This document shows, in pieces, positions 36,904 to 48,900 of a stretch of 64,000 nucleotides of DNA. Made by a program: the position numbers and the translations under genes. Every line of letters starts with the position of its first letter. Positions within the stretch are counted from its first letter, which is position 1. The stretch comes from Bispira polyomma (taxonomy: Eukaryota): positions 20,770,001 to 20,834,000 of the forward strand of contig OZ287749.1 in NCBI GenBank assembly GCA_965649765.1, in the 5' to 3' direction. The notes below the pieces were generated by a model, which saw only the letters and a list, made by a program, of their open reading frames with translations, had not been told where the DNA came from and did no database searches.

Positions 36904-39900
36904 CTATGGAATCACAGGACAGGCATCGGAGATACCACTGGGCATACAAGTGTCGCTCTCTAAACACGCATCCTGTAGAGGACAAAATGTACAGATGTCA
37001 TGCATGTGAAGAGTTATTTACTATATTGTATATATTCACAAACAGTCTTTAAATACTATTCTTATACTTTTCTTTGTCTCAACCAATAAAATTCCCCCAA
37101 ACAATGTATTCAACCAGTCCTAGACACACACTAGAATTTAGCTTATCATTTGCTCAAGAAATGTGTGGTGTAGCACCTGATATCACATTGATATGTTCTA
37201 GTGACAGAAATTAAAAGAATAAACTAAACTTATTATTATTAAACCATGTTCCAATCCAGTACTTAGCAATAATAACCTAACATGTCCCAGTCCAATAAAT
37301 GACCTACCTTTAGACAGACCCAGTTATTGAACTGTTTTTTATAGCTGTCAAACTCTGAGCACCAGTTTCTGAACTCTTCCCTCCACAAACAGGAAGTGTC
37401 ATCACCACAACCTGGAAAAATAGAAAGAAAAAGAGTTATTGTTAAATGAGCACTAAACCATATATTGACTGCATACACTGAGTTAACATGTACTTCATAT
37501 AAATTTTTACTAACACACATCAACCCTTTTGACCCTAAAAGAAAACTATCGCCAGCAACTGGAGGAAATTTCTGGTAATAAGTAACAGGTAGCTGGAGTC
37601 ACTAAGACACACATTACAGACTACTTCCTACATTCAATAACGGCCTCACATATAATTTTTTCAACAGGGAAGTCTGTTGTACTAACAAATTACTATTGTA
37701 AGGAACTGAAAAAAATTAAATAATAATTTTTGCAGTGTTAAAGTCAATTGGAGAGTTTTCATTATTACTCTTTGAGGATATTTTAGTTCACCAAAGATTT
37801 GACATAAAATGTTCGATCACAAATAAAAGTTTGTTCATTCAAACTCTGAATTTGGTTTTTTGTATCAAACTTGCAGCACTACTAAATGTATGGGTACATA
37901 TAGGCCACTCGTTATTGTTTCCTTACAGCTTGGTATTGCACTCACCTGGTATATTGATGACATGTTTAGTCAGCTCTACACTAAATGAGGAGACTTCACA
38001 GTGGTAATCTATTACACTCACCTGGTATATTGATGATGTGTTTAGTCAGCTCTACGCTGGATAAGGAGTCTTTACAGTGGTAATCTATTACACTCACCTG
38101 GTATATTGATGATGTGTTTAGTCAGCTCTACGCTGGATAAGGAGTCTTTACAGTAGTAGTCTGTTATATTCACCTAATTTTTGGGTTGTTTAGGTTATAT
38201 TGGGATGGGTAGTTGGAAATGCTGGAGAAAACACTGCATACAGTTGATCAAGGCTCTGCAACCAGCGGCCCACAGTAAGGAAGTACTACCTTTCCCACAT
38301 AAGCATCGACAGGAGTTGAACCCACGCCAGCCGATCCCAGAGGCCAGCGCAGCCCCTATACTCACCTGGTATATTAATGACATGTTTAGTCAGCTCCATG
38401 CTGGATGAGGAGTCTTTACAGAGGTAATCTCCCCCGTCAGACACCGTAATATTGAAGACAATAATGCCCCCGTCCTGCGTGAGGAAGTACTTCACATTGT
38501 CTATGGTGACGGGACTGCCGTCGTGGTACCAGAGGACCGAGTCTGACGGGCAGTGAGTGTCACAGTGTAGGTAGATTGGGTCGCCAGGGATACGCACAGA
38601 ATTCTCATACTCTCCTGCAATAAAGAACAGTTGAGAGGCTGTGGATACGATTAAACAGATTTAAAAAAATAAATAAAAACTAGAAAACGGTTTTTGATAA
38701 CAAAACGAAGCGTCCCTAAAGTTGAAATAATAATGAAATTGTTTAGTGTACAAGGTTTGATATTGTTTAAAAGTTGACATATAAACAGAATCAGCACTTT
38801 TGGTCAATGTAAGCTCGAAAAGGATCACCATTTCCGAGATAACAGACGTTTTCTAAAAAGACGCAGAAATTGAAGATGGTTACCCAAATCAAAAATTACT
38901 ATAAAAATTTACATAAAAGAAAAATCAGCCCTATGAGTTGAAAAGGAGCTTAAAATCGCTCTATCTAGCACCGTTTCTGAGATAAAAGACATTTTCGAAA
39001 AAGACGCCGAAATTCAAGATGGCCGCCAAAATGTAACATTTTTTTAAAAGTTTAAATATAAGCAAAATCAACCCTGTGGATTGAAAATGAGCTCGAAATC
39101 GGTCTATCTAGCACCATTTCCAAGATAAATGACATTTTTGAAAAAGACGCCGAAATTCAAGATGGCCGACAAAATTAAAATTTTTAAAAAAGTTTACATA
39201 TAAGTAAAATCAACCCTGTGGATCGAAAATGCGCTCGAAATCGCTCTATCTAGTACCGTTTCCGAGATAAAGGACATTTTCATAAAAGTCCCAGAAATTC
39301 AAAATGGCCGCCAAAATTGAAATTTTTTTTAAAAGTTTACACATAAGCAAAATCAACCCTGTGGGTCGAAAATGAGCTCGAAATCACTCTATCTAGCACC
39401 GTTTCCGAGATAACTGACATTTTCGAAAAAGACGCAGAAATTCAAGATGGCCACCAAAATTGAAAATTTTTTAAAAGTTTACTTACAAGCAAAATCAACC
39501 CTGTGGGTCGAAAATGAGCTCGAAATCGCTCTATCTAGCACCGTTTCCGAGATAACGGACATTTTCGGAAAAGACGCAGAAATTCAAGATGGCCGTCAAA
39601 ATTGAAAATTTTTTAAAAGTTTACATATAAGCAAAATCAACCCTGTGGGTTGAAAATGAGCTCAAAATCGCTCTATCTAGCACCGTTTCCGCGATAACGG
39701 ACGTTTTCGAAAAAGACGCAGAAATTCAAGATGGCCGCCAAAATTGAAATTTTTTTAAAAGTTTATGTATAAGTAAAATCAACCCTGTGGGTCGAAAATG
39801 AGCTCAAAATCGCTCTATCTAGCACCGTTTCCACGATAACGGACGTTTTCGAAAAAGACACAGAAATTCAAGATGGCCGCCAAAATTGAAAATTTTTTAA

Positions 39901-42900
39901 AAGTTTACTTATAAGCAAAATCAACACTGTGGGTTGAAAATGAGCTCGAAATCGCTCTATCTAGCACCGTTTCAGAGATAATGGACATTTAAAAAAAAAC
40001 CTCAGTTTTTAAAATTTTTGAAATTAAAATCGTTTTATATCAGTAACGATCACATATTTTTGGATGGGGTAAAAAATAAATAAAAATTCAGGCTATTCTT
40101 TAAAAGTTACGCGCTGCATGCACTGGTCTAAAATTAAAAATAAAAAAAATCCTCACACGCTCAAAAAAGCACCCATCAACACATTTTTTTCCCCATTTTG
40201 TATGATTGATCGACCCTGTCAATCAGTCAATTATCACCAGATTGATCTAAAAATTTAAGGACATCTATGCTTTGGTATTTGCAATGTGCATGCGAAATTT
40301 CATTGAACTATGACAAGTACTTCAAAAGAAAAGTTGATAAAAGTGCAAGATAGAGCAAAATAGAGCAAAATACTCATTTGAAGAACTCAGTACTCATCGA
40401 GTACTGGACTTAGAACTGTGAAATTTTTACATCATACATAAAATCAAAAAGTAGATGAATAACTTATTCCAAGAAAAAGCCGAAATCCCAATAGTTTCCG
40501 AGATAGCAAAAAAGTACCCATTTTTCGCATTTCAATAAAAATCAATCGGTTGGCAATCGGTCAATTATCATCCGATTAATCTCATCAGTGTCTCCCGTCC
40601 TGAAAATTGCCTTACCAAGGTACATACCAAATTTCATTAAGCTATGATGAATACTTTTTGAGAAAACCTAGTGACAAGCACTTTTACACCCCCAGGGTCA
40701 CCTGACATTTAAGTAGGCCAAAGTTCAAAGCCAAGAATATGAAAAACATTTTCCACTCCTGGTTAAGAGAACTGTCAAAAATAATTTTGATGCAGATAAT
40801 ATTGAAGGAGATATTCAAGGAAGACCATGCGGCGGCGGCGGCGAGGAAACCAGGGGTGAAACCAAATAAGCGCCCTTTTCAAGGGACGCTTAATTATGAC
40901 CGATTTTTAATACGCCTAATTGATGCCAAGAAATCTTCTAAAGGGCAACATAATCAACAAAGTTGTCAAAATAGTAGTACGTTTCCAATGCAAAATTGTG
41001 ATCGGGAAGGTGACGTGGAGGAGAAACTAGAGAGGTTGTTACATATTTATAAGGAGCCCTTATTTTAAATTATCATTTTGTTTTGGTTTACTCTATAGCT
41101 TGACTTGTATATATTAAGACCACCGGCATTAATTATGCTGTCACATTTATGCAAGGTTTAGTTAAGGTGGATAATCAGTTGGGGAATCTACACTAGTACT
41201 GTCACCCACGAACATGCTTTCCCACATCTGAAAGAGTTTTGAAGTTATTGAGATTTTACATCACTTTTAACATCATTGGTCATATTTTGATGGACCAGAT
41301 TTATTGGTACTATTTATACTGGAAGCCATCGATCTACAGCAAGTACCAAGTACCTAGCATACTTTCCAGCATGATTAAATCCCACTATCCTCAAAGATCA
41401 GGATATTCAGCGTTTATAACTACTAGACCACAGCGGCATGTAAAAGCATGTGAATTGATAATTAGGTGATTGTAAACAAAATATTTCTCCACACTTGGTC
41501 ACTGCTGTGCCCCAGTTTGAAATACAGCTTATATACCAGTGCCAGTTTTACCTTGCTTCTTGCAGGCTTGTGAGTCACACTGCAGAATTGGGTTGTCGTC
41601 TTTCACACTGTTCTTTGCATTTGTTCTGTCATATGTTGTACACCTGAAATACACAAGCCCGGGGAAGTTCATATAGTTCTTGCTTGGAGGTAATACGGTA
41701 ACACAGAAACCTATTATTTGAGTTCAACTCACCATAAATCCAGTTTATGCTGTATGGTACTTTACTATCTCTTTATAATACAATTTATTGAGTATAGGAT
41801 CCAGTGATAGAGGACCACCATTTTAAGTGATCATACGGGCCACTATGTATCTGCCTGTACCTGCTTTTATGTAGACTGGGATTGAACCCAGATCCTCTGT
41901 GTTCCTAAGTCACTGTGTTATCCACCAAGCCACAGTTGCATTTGAAAGTAAGGTACAAGTCTATAGTTGAATTTTTTTAGTTTAGTTTGGGCTCAACGCC
42001 AATTTCAATCCATTTTGTGTCCTATCACAATGGGCATTTTTACTGGTGGAGGAATCAGAGCAGGCTTTGTTGGTCTTCTAAGCTGCAAACCAATGACCTT
42101 CAGCAAGTTTACTGCCAACTTTCCCTCTTAAAGTTTATTTTAAACATATCAACATACCTTCACTTTCCAAAATTCAAATGTTCTTACTGTTCTATTATGA
42201 ACTTTCAATATTATTAACCCTCTTTTATCTCAAACAAAAGCTTGCTCTTGCAACATGTTTCGACAATAGAGGTTCTACTATATAATATATGAGAAATAAA
42301 ATCAGTCACTTACCTTCTGTCTGTACTGTGCCAGCCACAGTTAGGATCATGGACACAATCAGAGCAGTAGATATAAGACTGGCACTGTATTACACTGAGT
42401 TGTATTACAGCAGAATCTGTACCAATATACAGCACCTGACTCTGAAATATATAGAGAGACCAGATACCGATGTATTAGTAGATATAATAATAATAATTAT
42501 TCATTTGATATAGCCGCCATCCGGCCGGTACAGCCAAACAGGCCAAAAATTACCTCAGGGACAGAAAACTGTAACTTGACATTGCCTCTGATGAGATCTA
42601 AATTTAACAGATCGAAATATAATTGTCAGATACTAAAGACAGATTGTATCAGGCCATACACCCTCCCTGCCTTAATACTGAAGTTGTTATATCGTCATTT
42701 GATATAGCGCTTTATCAACATCACTGTTATCTTGTGCGCTTATAGCATTTAATGACCCCAGTCTAGGTTCCTCAACTTGTCAAGCATTGTACAGTCTCAG
42801 CTCCCTTAGGGAGCATATTAGCTGAGCTGCCATATACGGTGCTTCAGACTAACACCTATTAGCAGCCAGGTACTCATTTATACACCTGAGTAGTGAGGAA

Positions 42901-45900
42901 CAACTTTGTGTTAAGCACCTTGTCTAAGATGATAATCTCCAAGCCTGCAGCGAGGATCGAACCTGGACCCTCAAATGCCTCAGATCCAAAGTCCGACACT
43001 TTAATTGCTAGGCCACAGAGACCACACAGTAGTGGAAAAACAAAACATTGCTCTGTGCTCGGATCGAACTGGAGCTCTGAGATCACTAAGATCTAAAGTC
43101 TGACACTCTAACCCCTTGGCCACAGAGACCTAAGATACTGTACTAAACTCAGTTGCATTATATGGGCTTATATATAAACGGCTATTTGGGATTGTCGTAC
43201 TTCCTCTGTGCTGCGATAGACTTGTATATAAAAGGTGGTATCATCGAGTACTAAAGTTCTGTAGTTCCAGCAGCTATTTCACAGACTTTTGACTTTATAA
43301 TATCGCAATGTTCAACAATATTTAGAGATTCCACCTGCAAAACTTACATAGAGTTTGATGGATTTGATGGATGTAATTGTATCTCCAAATGGTTTCAACA
43401 CTGACACCAGGCGACTTCTGGCATGGCCACCTTCTTGCCACTGCACGACCTTGTGAATCTGACCTTGATCTGTACAAAGACAAGGAGATTTGTTTGTAAA
43501 ATAACATGATCTGATAGATTTTTGACGCACCTAATTGATGCCAGGCATCTTCTAAAGTGCAACATCATTGACAAAGTTGTTAAATCGTAGTCTGTTTCCA
43601 ATGCAAAATTCGATAACAAACATCAATACAACTATAGAGTTTTAGGAATCACTGGAAAATTACTCATTTATTTAATTTGGAGCATTTATATACTGCTGTA
43701 TTGATAACAAGTAATAATGTATCCTCTATGGCACTTAATGTTATTCATTGACGAATAGTCTCACAAAACTGATGTAAAAAACCGAGGAAGACTATGTATA
43801 TAACATGTAGATTACCTGTTGTTCAGAGGATAGCTTCCCACCTCTAAACTATTTGTACAAACCCTGCCCTGACATGTGGAAAAAGTTGGCAGTAGACTTG
43901 CTGAAGGCCGGTGGTTTGCAGAGCAGAAAACCATAATCAACTACCCGGTTCTAATTTCTTCAAACTAGTGAACTGACCTTTGTGATATGACAAGAAAATG
44001 TTGAGAAAGCTATGTTAAATCACGAAGTAACTATAACTACTAACCTGTTGACAGGTAGAAGATCCTATACGCTGTCCCTTCAATGTTGAACTGATCCACA
44101 GCCATGTTGTTAAAGAGGAGCCCACTCTGGTAGTACAGTGGCACTCCTGCCCCTGTATTAGTGTGTCCTACTGCCGTGTCCATCAGAGACCGTGTTTTCA
44201 TAAAGGTCTCCACATCTCGCGGCAGGTCTTTGGAATTTTCTACACACTGAAAAGACACACAAAAAAAATTGCATATTATAAAGACTGGGAAGTGTGAATC
44301 AAACACAAAAGCAGTCAGTGCGCCATTTCGCAGCCGTACTTTATTGTCCCAGATGAAGTGAAAAAAGGAAGTGATACGACAAAAAAAGTTCAGTATGTTA
44401 GAAAATATCCTATAATTTCATTGAAAATACAGTATTGCTACTTTTATAATAGTAAAACGAACATTTTAGGTGAAGTATTCAAAGAGATACACCCGATTTA
44501 GGCAACTTTTTAAAAAATTTTCGTTCCGGGGGAGAGTTCAACAGATCTCTGGGGATTAATAGGTAATTTAAAAAGCCCAACGTCTGCATTATCCTCGTAA
44601 TTAAAGCTGGCCGCTCCCCAATTGTGTAAAAAAAAATAAGATTCACGGCTGAGAAATTGCTCTTGCAACATGAAATCCATGCCAGCCCATCAACGAGTGT
44701 CTGGCTAGGCTTGAAACTCATTAAAAGCCAGTGGCATAGGACACCTATAACCCTTTCAAACACACTCGTGTAGTGTATTGATATTATAAACAATAGAACT
44801 CACAGCGCCAGGACGCTGATCAGGGACCCTACTGGGAGGTACAGTCAGCCAGAGCGAGGTGGACTCTAACTGTTCTTTAAAGTCTCCATCAAACACGGCC
44901 TCAATGTCCCTCTTGCTGAAGCCACACACTGCAGAGCCATACAGACCATCACTGCAACAACACACAGAGTTACACTATGACAAGTACAAGTGGAGACACT
45001 CCCCAGCAACCAATATTCGCCTTTTGTCGCCTCCCACAGCAGCCATATTGGCCAAATCCACCCCATAGGATCCAAACGGCGCATACCTCTGGATAAGGCC
45101 ATGGACATAGCTTATAACCCACCGATCTCGTATCTTATAATCTGAACATGAATGGACAACGCAAACTTAACCAAACACATTAAAATTGTCAATTAATCCC
45201 CTCGCAAAAACACAGAGATTTGCTCAGACGTGGTATAACTTGCAATAAAAATTCTGTCAAACTGCCAGCTTTTATATGAACTAATATAGAATTAAAATAA
45301 TATAAGCAATACAGATTTAAATATTATAAGCATAATATGGCAGTAACATATACCACAGTAATGAAATTTGAAAAAAAAAAAAAAATATCTAAAAATTTCA
45401 TAGCATGACCGGCCCCTCTACAAGTGACCACTGTAAGTGATTTCCAACTGTAGTCGTCTCATGCAACTTTGACTGTACTTGTTATTTGAATAGTTATTTT
45501 TCCACTTACTCATTATTTGTTGAGAAAGTACCATAAAAGGTGTCTCCAATTCGTTTTACATCATCTGAAATACAAAGGTATTAGTTTTTTTACTATTTTA
45601 TTGTAAATAAATTTTCTTTCTACTTTACTTTTCAACAGAATTTAGACACAATATTTACAAGTCACAATGTTCAAACACAGGCGTGTGAAATCATACAAGA
45701 ATATTTTAAAATACATGTATCGCTCTACAAGTGTTTCTCAAATAGTGTGCTCTAATTGGTCCATGCCTCACTACCTTGCTACTAAACTTTTACTTCAGCA
45801 GCCTCAAAAGGGGAAAGAGACTCTGTTTCCTCTAAAAAAACCACCAAGAGGGCTGGATCTAGAGCCTTCTCGGCCGCTGCCCCTATGTTGTGGACCAGCC

Positions 45901-48900
45901 TCCCAGTTAAGCTTAGACTGCTTGAAACACTTTCTGGATTTAAGAGAGCGCTTAAAACCTATCTCTTCAGGCTCGCCTATCCTCAGTAGTTCGTTCCCTG
46001 GGAGCTGACGCATCCATCCTTACGACCTGGCTATGTTTTTCGATTTTTCTATTGGCTGATTGATTCTGATATTGTGCCTTAGGAGATGCCTAGCATCAAT
46101 AAGGGGCGTTACAAATGTACAATACTATGTCAACTTACTAATTGACCACTTAACACATATTTGTGCATGTGTGGTGAGTTCCAACAGTATAAATTCCCTA
46201 TAACTTTGTGACTATTTGAGTTTTAATAGTTTTGGTATAAATCCATGTGACAAACAAACATTGGCAACCAGGTAACAAATTCCTATATATTGTAAAGACT
46301 GTCAACATCTCTAATAATAGATTTACTTACACATTTCATGGAAGTAAAATGGGAATTCCCCTGAGATTGAGCAGTTGAGTCTGGCTTTTAAGTAAGTCGT
46401 CCACTTGTACTCCAAGTCGTGGAAACCTCCACGGTCATTCTGAAAGCGATTTGATTGAAATATATATAGTAAAACCCTCTATTATCCAAACCTTCTATTA
46501 TCGAAATATCAAACTTTAGGAATTCATCTCCGCATGTTTTCCTGTTATTCCACTCTTCTGTTTTACAAACCTTCTATTATCCAAAGTAAAATCTTGCTTT
46601 CCAAACATGTTTGCCTAATACTATTTCTGCTGTACGCTTATTCTGTAGTCCCAATTTGTTTTTTTTTGATATTCCATGTATTTGTGTCCTAGGTAATATT
46701 TATACCAGGTACACCCATAACGCAGATGTTAATATGTAAAACAATGTAGTATGGTTCAACAAGGTCTTATATCTGGAGCCACAATTTTCCTGCCAGACAA
46801 TTTGGATTTGTATAGGAGGGATGATACTTTAACTATAAACATAATTTCAACATATTGGATACCTTAGGGGGGGTTAGGGTTAAGGCCAGAAAACGGAATG
46901 TAAGGAGAGACAATTTGGATTTGTACAGGAAAGGATGATACTTGTAACTTTGAACATAATTTTAACATATTGGATACCTTAAAAAGCTGCAAAAAATTCC
47001 AAGATTACGAGCTAAATTGAAATTTACAATTAGTTCTATATCTTAATTTACATAGCATTAATGGTGATAATTTGGGCGAGTCCTAAGGCTGATAAAACTA
47101 TGCATCAAAGTACATGCATAAATTGAACATGGCATATGAAAAAACATAAAATAAAAAACATCTATTGCATGTATTTTGTATGAAGAATAAATAAATAAAT
47201 AACCTTGCAAACTCTTGCTATCCTGGAGTACACAGCTTTCCCACAATTCATAGCTTCCTGAGCGGACTCGCGGAAGAAGAAATAGACATGGTCATCCACA
47301 TCAAAGGAATTAACAAAGTCTGGGTCTGGAAAAGGAACAGAAAAACACAGCTTTAAAACAGGGACAGTATCAGAGTTTATCTTCTCCAATATAAAACATT
47401 ACACTTCAGGCAACCTGCATACACTAATACAAGCAGTAATATTATTTTCCTTCCTCGCTACAGGAAGTTGCTAGTACAGCAGACTTCCTGTTTGAAAAAA
47501 TTATACGTGAGGCCGTTATTGAATGCCAGAAGTAGTCTGTGGTGTGTGTTTTAGTGACTCCAGCTATTTGTAACCTATTACTGAAAACATCTTTTCTATT
47601 GTTCGAAACTCAACGACATATTCTATTTCAAATACATTCTGTTATATGAACACAATCTTGCTTTCTCTGATAAGGTGTTCAGGTGATAGAGGTTTGACTG
47701 TTTATTCTGTATTGTTAGCATAACAAACCTCAACAAAATTTCATTATTTCACAGACATGTCATTATTGTGCCAGTGTCTAACATCTCCACTTGTCACACA
47801 ATACTTATTTAACCCCTTAGCCACTGATGGAGAGTAATTCCACTAGAATACTGAGGGAAAAATAGTTTGACACACTTTGATAACATCACAAATGACGTTT
47901 TTGCAACAACTGATTACATCACAAACAGATAAAATATATTTCATTCCTATGTGTTGAGGGAGCTGTACAATAATATTTTATATTGTCGACTGCTTGCCAA
48001 TAGACAAGGTTGTCAAGGGGTTAATACAAATGCTTTTGTTTAGGCCCTGTAAAACATGGACACTTACTGTCTAGCATATTTTTCTCCCATTCAGTCCGGA
48101 GTAAAACCGAGGCTGAATCCCTCAAGGCTGGTCTGAGGATAACAGGATCCTTATGATCCTTATCTCTCACTGTCCCTGTGTAAAACGCTCCCACACCTTC
48201 AGGGTTGCCATTTGCTGAAACAAAAATGTTGCATACTTGTTAAGCAATGTAAGGGACAACATTGACGTTTTTTACATACTGCCCACAGTATCATAACAGG
48301 ACCAGTGAGCCCAACTTAAAGTACTGTCCCTGGCCTAAGGCACCAGACTCGTTAAACAGGTTCAATATAATATCTATCATCCCAAGTTCTTGTGAAAGTG
48401 TCAATATCAATGACAGAAGGCTCATAAAATAGAAAAGGTATCTTAATATAAAAAACACAAGGAAATTACAGCAATTTAAGAGAGCGAAAAAGAGTTCATA
48501 AAATAAAATAATAATAGATGTGCACATAATAGAAGTTCTACTTTATCTTAAAGGCTTTTAAGTTACTGTCCCAATATTTAAAACTCCGGGGCACTGAAAA
48601 CAAAAGTTACTGTCCTTGGGCAAAGAGGCAGATGTGAATGATGTACCCTAAAATATGGTAACCTCGCGACCAGAGGGGAAAAAGTATTTAATGTAATCAT
48701 ATTCAGAAACATTTCCTCTCACAACTACTTCCTAAATATCAAGGTAAAAAATCTGAGGTCAAACTAAGGTGACAAAAATAGTGATGTTGACCTCCGACCC
48801 CTATTGATCATGAGTACCAAAAAGGAACACCTTTCTATACCGTATTTTGACTAATGATTTATAAATTTTGGAATGTTGTGCTTTGGAACTTGTTAGTATG

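Noticed and set aside
38790-39990. Regular repeat arrays superficially like CRISPR (also 29951-30345)
   Set aside because: Head-to-tail repeats with no unique spacers, no cas genes and a eukaryotic context.
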